The translations under genes were made by a program, and so were the position numbers. The notes under the pieces were generated by a model. It was not told the origin of the DNA. It was given only the letters and a program-made list of their open reading frames with translations, and did not search any database. Positions 19,984-28,537 of a DNA stretch of 47,774 nt are shown piece after piece. Every line of letters begins with the position of its first letter. Position 1 is the stretch's first letter. The stretch covers positions 1 through 47,774 of the forward strand of contig VBEY01000059.1 in the NCBI GenBank assembly GCA_005889295.1, written 5' to 3'. This DNA is from Chloroflexota bacterium. Its GTDB lineage: Bacteria; Chloroflexota; Limnocylindria; P2-11E.

Positions 19984-20804
19984 TCGAGGATCAGGCCGCC
20001 GATCGCGCCGTCATATCCCGCGGCGACCGTCGCGTCCCGGCGCGCGAGCGGAGGACGATCTCGTCGGCAAAAGAGCTGCCCGATCGCAGGGGCCAGCCTG
20101 CCTCGCGCTCGTGGACCGTCGGCATCGTCACGCGCGAGTACCCGGGCGATTTCGCGCGCTGTCTCGCCGGCGTACTCGCCTCGCTGCCGGCGGACGGCGA
20201 AGTCTTCATCGTCGACTCAGGTTCCGGAGATGAGGCGCAGCACGGCATCGCCGACATCGCCACGCGTGATGGTCGCGTCGAGGCCTACTTCGCCGATCGC
20301 GATCTCGGCGAGGGCGCCGCTCGGAACGCGCTCGTCCGCGTCGCGCGTGGCCGGATGGTCCTCATGCTGGATTGCTCAGTCGAGATCACGGGCGATCTCT
20401 TTTCCCCCCTGGCCGAGGTCCTCGCCGATGAGGCCGTCGGTCTTGCGGGACCGTGGGCCCTCCGCACCACCGACCTCAAGCACTTCGATGAGGTCACGAG
20501 CGGCGAGGCTGAGGCGGTGCAAGGGTATTGCGCCGCGGCGCGACGCGATGTCCTTCTCGAAGTCGGCGGCTTTGACGAGCGGTACCGCTTCTATCGGAAT
20601 CTCGACATCGCGATATCGCTCGCCGCGCGGGAGCGGGGGTACCGCGTCGTCGCGCTCGGGGCGGACCGCGCACGGAGGCACGAACACCGCGTCTGGGAGT
20701 CGCTCTCCGAGGAGGAGCGCCTCAAACGGAGCCGCCGCAACTTCGATCGCATGTACCGGCGGTTTCACGGCAAGCCCGTCCTGGTCGGCGGGAGCAGGGG
20801 TTGA
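19980..20804 (+). CDS. GT2 (GT-A fold) glycosyltransferase domain in the -1 frame, with no start of its own; C-terminal part of the CysRS fusion
   Basis: Frame open 19935-20804: GVED...WTVGIVT...RCLAGV...VFIVDSGSGD...LGEGAARN...ARGRMVLMLDCS...RRDVLLEVGGFDERY. No ATG/GTG/TTG before 20355. Confidence 0.85.
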   Translation, partial: GVEDQAADRAVISRGDRRVPARERRTISSAKELPDRRGQPASRSWTVGIVTREYPGDFARCLAGVLASLPADGEVFIVDSGSGDEAQHGIADIATRDGRVEAYFADRDLGEGAARNALVRVARGRMVLMLDCSVEITGDLFSPLAEVLADEAVGLAGPWALRTTDLKHFDEVTSGEAEAVQGYCAAARRDVLLEVGGFDERYRFYRNLDIAISLAARERGYRVVALGADRARRHEHRVWESLSEEERLKRSRRNFDRMYRRFHGKPVLVGGSRG

Positions 20805-21541
20805 CGCGCGGGCGGTTGATCCTCGTCGGATCGGGTGAGTTCACGCCGGCGATGGACGACCTCGATCGCGAGATCCTCGACGGGGTCGGGAAACCACGCG
20901 CGCGCGTCGCGATCGTCCCGACCGCATCCGGCCTCGAGGACACGCCGGAGAGTTGGGCCGAGCTCGGGAAGACGCATTTCGCGGCGCTCGGCGCCGACGT
21001 CGTCCCGGTCATGGTGTTGCGGCGTGACGATGCCCGCGAGCGCCGCTGGACCGAGGCCCTCGGGGACGTGGATTGGATCTACTTCTCCGGCGGGCGCCCG
21101 CAACACGCGATCAACGTGCTCGCCGGGACGCCGTTCTGGGACGAGGTCGTACGCCGACACCGGTCAGGTGCCGTGCTCGCGGGCGCGAGCGCCGGCGCGA
21201 TGATGCTCGGTGAAAAGAGCTACGCCCCAGACGAGTTCGACGCCGCCGGGCTCCCCCAGCGCGTATCCGTGCGCGACGGACTCGGCGTTCTCGACGGCCA
21301 TTTCGTCGTCCCGCACTTCGACCTGCTCGCGCAATTCCCAGCCGAGCGTATCCAGGCGTGGATCGCAGTCTGGCCCGAGGGTTTGCGCGGCATCGGGATC
21401 GACGAGGACACCGCGGTCGTCGAGGGAGCCGACGGCTGGAGAGTCTACGGACGCGGCCGCGCGGTCACGATGACCTCGTTCGACCGGCAACAGGTACACC
21501 CGGCAGGCACGCGCTTCGACAGCATCCCGATCCGTATCTGA
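20801..21541 (+). CDS. Peptidase S51 / cyanophycinase-like hydrolase (class I glutamine amidotransferase-like fold)
   Basis: LVGSGEF, VPTASG, IYFSGG, GASAGA (nucleophilic Ser), VPHFD, GIGIDEDTA. TTGA overlap with the upstream stop. Confidence 0.9.
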   Translation: MTRGRLILVGSGEFTPAMDDLDREILDGVGKPRARVAIVPTASGLEDTPESWAELGKTHFAALGADVVPVMVLRRDDARERRWTEALGDVDWIYFSGGRPQHAINVLAGTPFWDEVVRRHRSGAVLAGASAGAMMLGEKSYAPDEFDAAGLPQRVSVRDGLGVLDGHFVVPHFDLLAQFPAERIQAWIAVWPEGLRGIGIDEDTAVVEGADGWRVYGRGRAVTMTSFDRQQVHPAGTRFDSIPIRI

Positions 21542-21612
21542 GACCCAGCGCCCTGCACTCGTCCGATGGGCCTATGGCCGCGGGGCCATCCGGTCGGTAA
21601 CGTTCCCATCGC

Positions 21613-22248
21613 TTGGTCACCTGGTCGCTCATCCTTGGGGCTCTCGCGCATCGAAGCGCTCTCGTGCGCCTCGCGACCGCGGCCACGATCGGTGTGATCG
21701 GCTTCGTCGTGGCCTGGACCGTCGCCTATGTGGTGCTGCCCGAGGGGGCGACGCGTTTCACGCTCGGGCTCCTGCCCGCTCTCGACGCGCGCGCGGACTC
21801 CACCGGCGTGGCGGCGACGCTCTTTGTTTGGAATGCCGGGTTCGGCTTCGGGGTCATCGCTCTCGCGAGCCTCTACAGCATCGGTCCGATCTCGCTCGCC
21901 TACTTCGCACCGTGGACGTGGCTCATACGGTTCGGCATCGCGCTCGGCACCAACTCCTTCGCCCTCGTCGCCCCGGGTGCGCGCATCGCGCCGCTCGACC
22001 TCCGCTCGATCGTCTCGCACGCGGGAATTCCAGAGCTCGTTGCGTACATCGTCCTCGCGACCGTGCTCGCCAATGCCTCGCTCTGGCGACAGCGCCGGAT
22101 CACCGACCGACACCTCGTTCGTGTCCGGCATCTGCGGGACATCCGCCTCACGCCACTCGAGCTCTCGCTCGTCGCAGTCGCGTTCGTCCTTCTCGCGGGT
22201 GCCGCGCTCATCGAGACCTCGCAGATCGCGCGACTGCAGTCCCTGTAG
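21613..22248 (+). CDS. Integral membrane protein, SpoIIM-like
   Basis: About 5 TM helices, LFVWN, HAGIPELVAY, C-terminal ALIE, as in the SpoIIM family. Confidence 0.6.
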   Translation: MVTWSLILGALAHRSALVRLATAATIGVIGFVVAWTVAYVVLPEGATRFTLGLLPALDARADSTGVAATLFVWNAGFGFGVIALASLYSIGPISLAYFAPWTWLIRFGIALGTNSFALVAPGARIAPLDLRSIVSHAGIPELVAYIVLATVLANASLWRQRRITDRHLVRVRHLRDIRLTPLELSLVAVAFVLLAGAALIETSQIARLQSL

Positions 22249-22274
22249 AAAAACCGCCTCGCTAGACTCGGATC

Positions 22275-23525
22275 ATGCAGAACGGCGAGCGCCGCCGTGT
22301 CGTGGTGACGGGTCTCGGCATGATCACCCCCCTCGGCTCGACGGTGGAAAAGACGTGGGACGGCGTCGTCGCGGGGAGGAGCGGGATCGGACCGATCACC
22401 CGCTTTGACCCGACGGGCCTCGAAACGACGATCGCCGGGGAGGTCCGCGACTTCGATCCGCTCGACTACATGGATCGCAAGGAGATCCGCCGCTCCGACC
22501 GCTTCGTGCACTTCGCCGTCGCGTCCGCCGGTCAAGCGCTCAAGTCGGCCCGTCTCGAGATCACGCCAGAGCTCGCGCCCCGGATCGGCGTCGCGTTCGG
22601 GTCGGGCATCGGCGGTGTCGAGACACTCGTCGAGCAGGTCCTCGTTCACGACAAGGATCCGCGGAAGGTTTCCCCGTTCCTGATTCCGATGATGATCATC
22701 GACATGGCGGCCGGCGAGATCGCGATGAAGTACCGCGCCAAGGGCCCGAACATGGGCCACGTTTCGGCCTGCGCGTCGAGCGCGAACGCCGTTGGCGAAG
22801 CGGCGGAGATCATTCGTCGCGGGCAGGCCGATGTGATGCTCGCTGGCGGAGCCGAGGCGGGCCTCATCAAGATCGCGATCGGGGCGTTCAACCAGGCACG
22901 TGCCCTCTCCACGCGGAACGACGCGCCCGAGAAGGCCTCGCGCCCATTCGACAAGGATCGCGACGGATTCGTCTTCAGTGAAGGCGCGGGCTGCCTCGTG
23001 CTCGAGGACCTCGAGTTCGCGCGGGCCCGCGGCGCGACGATCCTCGCGGAGTTCCTTGGCTACGGGATGTCGGCCGACTCGTACCACGTCACGGCGCCGC
23101 CGCCCGGGGGCGAGGGCGCGGTGCGCGCGATGCGCATGGCCATCGCGGACGCTGGCGTGAAGCCCGACGCGATCGGCTACGTGAACGCCCATGGCACGTC
23201 GACACAAGCGAACGATGGCGCCGAGACCGCCGCGCTCAAGACGGTCTTCGGCGATCACGCGCGCACGCTCGCGGTCTCGTCGACCAAATCGATGATCGGA
23301 CACACGCTCGGCGCGGCCGGGGCGATCGAAGCCGCGCTCTGCATTCTCGGGATGCGAAACGGGGTCCTTCCACCGACGATCAATCAGGTCACCCGCGACC
23401 CCGAATGCGATCTCGACTACGTCCCGAACCGCGCGCGCAAAACGAAGGTCGACGTGTCGCTCTCGAACTCGATGGGGTTCGGCGGGCACAACGTCGCCCT
23501 CGTCATCCGTCGGGAGGCCGCCTGA
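22275..23525 (+). CDS. fabF: Beta-ketoacyl-ACP synthase II
   Basis: RRVVVTGLG, SACASS (Cys), NAHGTST, KSMIGHTLGAAG, SNSMGFGGHN. Confidence 0.97.
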   Translation: MQNGERRRVVVTGLGMITPLGSTVEKTWDGVVAGRSGIGPITRFDPTGLETTIAGEVRDFDPLDYMDRKEIRRSDRFVHFAVASAGQALKSARLEITPELAPRIGVAFGSGIGGVETLVEQVLVHDKDPRKVSPFLIPMMIIDMAAGEIAMKYRAKGPNMGHVSACASSANAVGEAAEIIRRGQADVMLAGGAEAGLIKIAIGAFNQARALSTRNDAPEKASRPFDKDRDGFVFSEGAGCLVLEDLEFARARGATILAEFLGYGMSADSYHVTAPPPGGEGAVRAMRMAIADAGVKPDAIGYVNAHGTSTQANDGAETAALKTVFGDHARTLAVSSTKSMIGHTLGAAGAIEAALCILGMRNGVLPPTINQVTRDPECDLDYVPNRARKTKVDVSLSNSMGFGGHNVALVIRREAA

Positions 23526-23983
23526 TGCCGGATCCCCGCAAGGTCCGCGCCGACGCGAACGCGCTCGTCGCGGAGCTTCTCGAGCGCCTCGCGCGCGACG
23601 AGGTCAGCGAGCTGGAAGTGAAGCGAGGCGGCGTCCGTGTGCGCGTCGCGAAGGATGGCGCGCGTGTCGCGGCGAGCGCCCCCGGCGCTTCCGCCCCCGC
23701 GCCGCACGTGCCGTCAGCGGTGCCAGCCCAGCCGGCGACGGAGCTGCCGACCGTCAATGCGCCGCTCACGGGGATCTTCTACCGGGCCTCGTCGCCTCAG
23801 ACGGAGGCCTTCGTGCAGGTCGGTTCGAAAGTGGAATCTGGCGACGTCATCGGCCTGATCGAGGCGATGAAGCTCTTCAACGAGATTCGCTCGACGGTTT
23901 CGGGAAGGGTGCGCCGTATCTTCGCCGAGAACGGCCAGCTCGTGCGCGCACATCAACCCTTGCTCGAGGTCGAGCCGGTATGA
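23525..23983 (+). CDS. accB: Canonical biotin carboxyl carrier protein
   Basis: APLTGIFYRASSP thumb and IEAMKLFNEI with Lys at 23870-72; Ala/Pro linker. Confidence 0.93.
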   Translation: MPDPRKVRADANALVAELLERLARDEVSELEVKRGGVRVRVAKDGARVAASAPGASAPAPHVPSAVPAQPATELPTVNAPLTGIFYRASSPQTEAFVQVGSKVESGDVIGLIEAMKLFNEIRSTVSGRVRRIFAENGQLVRAHQPLLEVEPV

Positions 23984-24153
23984 GCGCAGCGCGCTGCGTC
24001 ATCTGCGGCGTGCCGCTCGCCGAAGGGGCCATCCGGGTGCGTTACGAGGACCGCATCTATGCGTTCGACTCACCGAAGTGCAAACGCATCTTTCAGGAGA
24101 ACCCGGATCGGTATCTGGACGCCACCGGCGACGTGCTCGAGGAGCCGCGCTAG
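23980..24153 (+). CDS. YHS/TRASH metal-binding mini-protein (57 aa)
   Basis: MSAARCVICG...YEDRIYAFDSPKCKRIFQENPDRY. ATGA overlap with accB; absent from the ORF track. Confidence 0.8.
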   Translation: MSAARCVICGVPLAEGAIRVRYEDRIYAFDSPKCKRIFQENPDRYLDATGDVLEEPR

Positions 24154-24491
24154 GCGGAGGCTCGCTCCACCGCGGCGGTGATAACCGAGCGGATGAGGTT
24201 CGCGGGCATCCGATCGCTGACGTAGGCGATCGCGCGCATGAGCGGAGCGGGATCGCTCGCCCGGACCTGCACCGCGTAGACGACGGTAGGGACGCGGTCG
24301 GCAAGCTCCTCCACCACCGCCGCGTCCGCTTTTCCGTACGAGCTCAAGATGGCGAAAGGCGCGTCAGCCTCGACTTCCGACGGGTCCTCCACGCGAAACA
24401 GCGAGAAGGGCAGCTCGACCGACCGCAGAAGTCGGAAAACACTGCCGTACGGATCGACGACGGGGATCGCGACGTCCAGCGCCATGGCCAT
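24150..24491 (-). CDS. Hypothetical protein, possibly a degenerate receiver-like alpha/beta domain
   Basis: About 113 aa with alternating beta/alpha pattern (IPVVD, FAIL, PTVVY, AIAYV). Confidence 0.55.
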   Translation of the reverse strand: MAMALDVAIPVVDPYGSVFRLLRSVELPFSLFRVEDPSEVEADAPFAILSSYGKADAAVVEELADRVPTVVYAVQVRASDPAPLMRAIAYVSDRMPANLIRSVITAAVERASA

Positions 24492-24579
24492 TTCGACGCC
24501 AGATTCGTGCGGACGCCGAATGGCGAGAACGCCCGGGCGGGGGAACAAGGTCCCCCGGTCGGACTAGTTGCTGGTCGGC

Positions 24580-25881
24580 CTAGTAGCTAACCGAAGCGAT
24601 GCTGAAAAAGGTCGGGTTCTCTTTGTCCGTTTGAAGCACACGGTCGCCGGTCCCGTTCCTCCGCCAGACACGAACCGAATCCGCGTAGAAGCCGGTGGCG
24701 GCCCGCGCCAGGTACGCGATCGCACTCCCGTCCCAGGTCCACGTGGCCTCGTACGCGTCGAAGGGCAGGGTCGTGTCGCGTCCCGATCTGACGTTGAGGA
24801 GGTGCGTGCGGTACTCGTTTGGCATCGCGCCGGCGGTGGCGCGTGTCGCGACGTAGAGGAGCTCATCGAGCGATGCCGGATTCCATCGCGGATCCTGAAC
24901 TGTCAAAGGGGGGCACCGTTCTTTTGTGTCGAGGACCGTCCGCTCCGAACCAGCGGCGTCGTCGAGGCCGATCAGCGCGGTCGACGTGCCGTCGCACGCC
25001 CCCGTTGCGATCGCGATCTGGGGTACTGCCGCGCGCCAGATCGCGAAGGCTCTGTAGGCTGCGGTCTCGGCCAGCCGCCGCACGACCCGGCCGGTCCCCG
25101 CGTCGACGAGGGCGATGCCTTCCTGGGCGGCGACGATCACGGTGGACCCGTCGGGTGACCATTCAACGGCCTGCCGCGCGTAGCCGACGCGCGCGAGCTC
25201 CCTCACCGCCCCACCTGCCGACGAGACCACAAAGATTGCCTCCAGTGGCGGCACGACCTGGTCGAACGGGAGGAAGTCCACGAAAGCGATCTGCGAACCG
25301 TCTTTGCTCCATGCCGGGAAATATCCCGAAACGCCGAGGGGCCGCGCTTGGCCTGACACTATGTCGACCACTACTAGGCGTCCGCCGACCGAAATCACCA
25401 TGTGTGTGCCGTCGGGCGAGAACTGACGTCGCAGGTATGGCGTGGTGTCGAAGATCGCCTCGGGTATGCCGCCGAGCGATACGTCGTACGCAAAAGCCAG
25501 TCGCGGCGCACCGGTGTCCAGCGGGATCGCCCAGATCTGCACTTCCGCCCAGATGTTGTGGGGGTAGGGCACCTGCTTACCGACGAAGATCCAGTTGCCC
25601 GTCAGCTTTCCGAGCGCATTCGCTCGTATTTCTCCGGCGGGGCCGGGCGTGCGCGAGGGTGACTCCGATGTGGCGGGTGCCGTGGTCGCGCTGGGACGCG
25701 GTTCGGGGCTCGGGCTCCCGCTCGGCCTTGGCTCGTTTGCCGGCGTCGGACTGAGCGTCGCCGGGATCGTGGACTGTGTAGGGGAAGAGCCCGCTGACTG
25801 GTCGGGTGCGCAACCGGCTGCCAGGATCGCAAGCAGTCCGATCGCAACTACTGGTAACGACAGACGCGGTCGTCGCTTCAC
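24580..25881 (-). CDS. TolB-like beta-propeller lipoprotein
   Basis: Lipobox LAAGC, Pro/Ser/Thr linker, repeated FSPDG/WSKDG/WSPDG/WTWDG blades. Confidence 0.85.
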   Translation of the reverse strand: MKRRPRLSLPVVAIGLLAILAAGCAPDQSAGSSPTQSTIPATLSPTPANEPRPSGSPSPEPRPSATTAPATSESPSRTPGPAGEIRANALGKLTGNWIFVGKQVPYPHNIWAEVQIWAIPLDTGAPRLAFAYDVSLGGIPEAIFDTTPYLRRQFSPDGTHMVISVGGRLVVVDIVSGQARPLGVSGYFPAWSKDGSQIAFVDFLPFDQVVPPLEAIFVVSSAGGAVRELARVGYARQAVEWSPDGSTVIVAAQEGIALVDAGTGRVVRRLAETAAYRAFAIWRAAVPQIAIATGACDGTSTALIGLDDAAGSERTVLDTKERCPPLTVQDPRWNPASLDELLYVATRATAGAMPNEYRTHLLNVRSGRDTTLPFDAYEATWTWDGSAIAYLARAATGFYADSVRVWRRNGTGDRVLQTDKENPTFFSIASVSY

Positions 25882-25914
25882 AGAGACATGGTGCAGGCGG
25901 GATTGGTGGTCGGG

Positions 25915-27186
25915 CTAGGGGGCGCCGCCCAGGATCGTGATCGCTACCAGAGCGATAGAGAGGGCCGACGCACCCACGGCGGTCCCGATGCCGACCATTT
26001 GCGAGAACCGGCCGTTCGCGTGCTCGCCCATGATGCGGCGGTCGCCGGCGAGCATGAGGATGAACACCAGCACGATCGGCAGGAGCAGGCCGTTGACGTT
26101 CTGCGAGACGAGGATGACGGGGATGAGGGGCACGCTCGGCGAGAGCACGATGAGCGCGCCGACCACGACCAGAAGCGTGAAGAGGCCCATGAACACCGGC
26201 GCCTCGCGGAAGTTCTTGCTGATTCCCGACTCCCATCCGAACGCCTCGCAGATCGCGTAGCTCGTCGAGAGCGGCATGATCGTCGCGGCGAGCAGCGAGG
26301 CGCCAAAGAGGCCCACGCCAAAGAGGAGTTGGGCCTGCTGGCCGGCGAGCGGAAGAAGCGCACGTGCGGCGTCGGCGGCCGAATCGACATGGACGCCCGC
26401 CGGATGCAGCACCGCGCCCGCGACGACGACGATGAAGAAAGCGTTTAGCCCGGTGAGTATTGCGCCGAGCAGGACGTCGACGCGCTCGAATCGGTACTGC
26501 TCCTTGTCGATCCCTTTGTCGACGACCGACGCCTGTATGTAGAACTGCATGTAAGGCGTGATCGTCGTGCCGACGAGCGCCAGGGCCGCGATGAGCGCGG
26601 CTTGTTCCACCGGCAGCGTGGGAATCACCGAATCGCGGACGACGTCGCCCCAGGGAGGTCCGACGATGAACGCGCTGATCGGATACGCGATGTAGGCGAG
26701 CACCAGGACGAAGAGCGCACGCTCGACGATGCGGTAGCTGAAGAACACCACGAGCACCCAGATGAGGACGGCCGCGATCGGCACCGAAACGATCCGCTGC
26801 ACGTGGAAGAGCTCGAGGCTCGCCGCGATACCGGCGTACTCGGCGACGATGTTGCTCCCGTTAGCGACGAGGAGCGCGAGCATCGCGACGATCGTCCAAC
26901 GCACACCGAAGCGCTCGCGGATCAGGTCGGAGAGTCCCTTGCCCGTGACCGCACCCATCCGCGCGCACATCTCTTGGATCACGAGCAAACCGGCTGTCGA
27001 GAGGAGCAGGAGCCAGAGCATCTCGAAGCCGTAGTGCGCCCCGACAGCCGTGTACGTGGTGACGCCCCCGGCGTCGTTGCCGGCGAACCCGGTGATGATG
27101 CCGGGGCCCATGACGGCGAGGAACGCGAGGATCGACGCGCGGCGAACGCGAGCGCGGCGACGGACCGCGGCGGCGGTCCTGATCAC
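25915..27186 (-). CDS. NRAMP-family divalent metal transporter, Mg2+-type (NRMT-like)
   Basis: MGPGII...GNDAGG, QEMCARMG.VTGKG, GTTITPY; about 11 TM helices. Confidence 0.9.
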   Translation of the reverse strand: MIRTAAAVRRRARVRRASILAFLAVMGPGIITGFAGNDAGGVTTYTAVGAHYGFEMLWLLLLSTAGLLVIQEMCARMGAVTGKGLSDLIRERFGVRWTIVAMLALLVANGSNIVAEYAGIAASLELFHVQRIVSVPIAAVLIWVLVVFFSYRIVERALFVLVLAYIAYPISAFIVGPPWGDVVRDSVIPTLPVEQAALIAALALVGTTITPYMQFYIQASVVDKGIDKEQYRFERVDVLLGAILTGLNAFFIVVVAGAVLHPAGVHVDSAADAARALLPLAGQQAQLLFGVGLFGASLLAATIMPLSTSYAICEAFGWESGISKNFREAPVFMGLFTLLVVVGALIVLSPSVPLIPVILVSQNVNGLLLPIVLVFILMLAGDRRIMGEHANGRFSQMVGIGTAVGASALSIALVAITILGGAP

Positions 27187-28454
27187 CTAGCGATCGACCG
27201 GAGCGACCTCTTTTTCCAACCGCGCGGGAGCATGAGCTCGACGACGTCGTCGACGGTGACCGTCCCGAGGAGTTTGCGCCGTGCATCGACCACGGGCAGC
27301 GCGAGCAGGTCGTACTTCGCGATCAGCGCGGCGACCTCCTCCTTCGGCGTCTCCGCATCCACCTTCAGGACGTTCGGGTCCATGATCTCGCTCACCTTTG
27401 TATCGGGCGGCGCGACGACGAGGTCGCGGAGCGACAGGACACCCTCGAGCTTCCCCTCGCCGTCGACCACGTAGAGGTAATAGGTAAGCTGCGGATCGGG
27501 CTTCTTCGCGCGCAGCTCGTCGATGGCCTTCGCGGCCGTGAGCTCTCTGGGGAGCGCAACGAAGTCTGTCGTCATGATCCCGCCGGCCGAGTCCTCGGAG
27601 TGGGTGAGGAGCTCCTCGACATCCTTTGCCTCTTCCTTGTCCATGAGCTCGACGAGCTCATCGCGCCGCTCCTCGGGCAGGTCCTGCAGAAGGTCCGCGG
27701 CCTCGTCGGGGTCCATCTCCTCGAGGATGTCGGCGGCGCGCTCCTCCGGCAGGTCGCTGACGATCGCGGCCTGCATCTCTGGCTCGACCTCCTGCAGCGC
27801 TTCGGCCGCGGTCTCGAGGTCGAGCTGCTGGAAGACCGCGATGCGCTCGTCGGCGGTCATCTCCTCCACGATGTCGGCGATGTCCGCCGGGTGCAGGAGC
27901 GCGAGCTTCGTGTGCGGGATCGTGAGACGCACCGCGGCGGTCTTCGCGGGGGTGTCGTTGGCGGGCTCGAGCGTCTCGACGAGGTGCCACGGGATGATGC
28001 CGCGCGGGAGCCGCCGACCGGCGAGCCCGGCGACGCGCTCGGCGACAGCCTCGGCCCCGACCCGGCGGAGGAGACCACGGAGGCCCACGTCGGCACCCAC
28101 CAGGCGCAGCTGACCGTCGACCTCGGAGAGCTGAAGATCGTTCACGCGTACGACTTTGGCGCCGTGCGTGTCGACGATCTGCTTGTCGAGGAGGTCGCGG
28201 GCGAGCCGAAGGGCTTCGCTCGGAAGCTGCGCGTCGGGGGTCGTCTCAAGGCGGTTACGAAGGCGGAAGTGACCGATCTCCTGCGCGAGATCGCCCCAGC
28301 GCAGGACCTTCTCGCCCGACGGCGTCGAGATGATCGCCCACTGCGCGGCCGGGAATTGCCCGTGCGGCACGACCGCGATGTCCGCGAGCTTACCCACCTC
28401 GTTGCCGTTCGGCTCGATAACCCTGCGGTGCTGTATTTCCGACAGGTACGGCAC
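27183..28454 (-). CDS. Soluble MgtE-like protein (PRC-like + MgtE N-domain + CBS pair, no membrane domain)
   Basis: LLDKQIVD..G.KVVRVND, LHPADIADIVE, MDPDEAADLL, SAGGIMTT, YDLLALPVVD...GTVTVDD. Confidence 0.9.
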   Translation of the reverse strand: MPYLSEIQHRRVIEPNGNEVGKLADIAVVPHGQFPAAQWAIISTPSGEKVLRWGDLAQEIGHFRLRNRLETTPDAQLPSEALRLARDLLDKQIVDTHGAKVVRVNDLQLSEVDGQLRLVGADVGLRGLLRRVGAEAVAERVAGLAGRRLPRGIIPWHLVETLEPANDTPAKTAAVRLTIPHTKLALLHPADIADIVEEMTADERIAVFQQLDLETAAEALQEVEPEMQAAIVSDLPEERAADILEEMDPDEAADLLQDLPEERRDELVELMDKEEAKDVEELLTHSEDSAGGIMTTDFVALPRELTAAKAIDELRAKKPDPQLTYYLYVVDGEGKLEGVLSLRDLVVAPPDTKVSEIMDPNVLKVDAETPKEEVAALIAKYDLLALPVVDARRKLLGTVTVDDVVELMLPRGWKKRSLRSIAR

Positions 28455-28537
28455 GACGCCGGAAGCGTAACCGGTACAATTCATATATCCCAGAGCGCCC
28501 GACCCGGGCGTACCCTCACGCGTTGGAGGAACACCCC

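Noticed and set aside
19960-19995. Programmed -1 ribosomal frameshift
   Set aside because: No slippery heptamer, and a conserved CysRS segment is missing at the junction, which favours a deletion or assembly error.
19984-20838. C-terminal ~285 aa of the 705-aa ORF-track CysRS as a real domain
   Set aside because: It is Ser/Arg/Pro-rich shadow translation. The -1 frame has GC3-biased codons and clear GT2 motifs.
21900-23489. Long antisense ORFs (e.g. 529 aa opposite fabF, 474 aa at 30915-32339, 460 aa at 3469-4851)
   Set aside because: Typical stop-poor shadows of GC3-rich sense genes, with no motifs.
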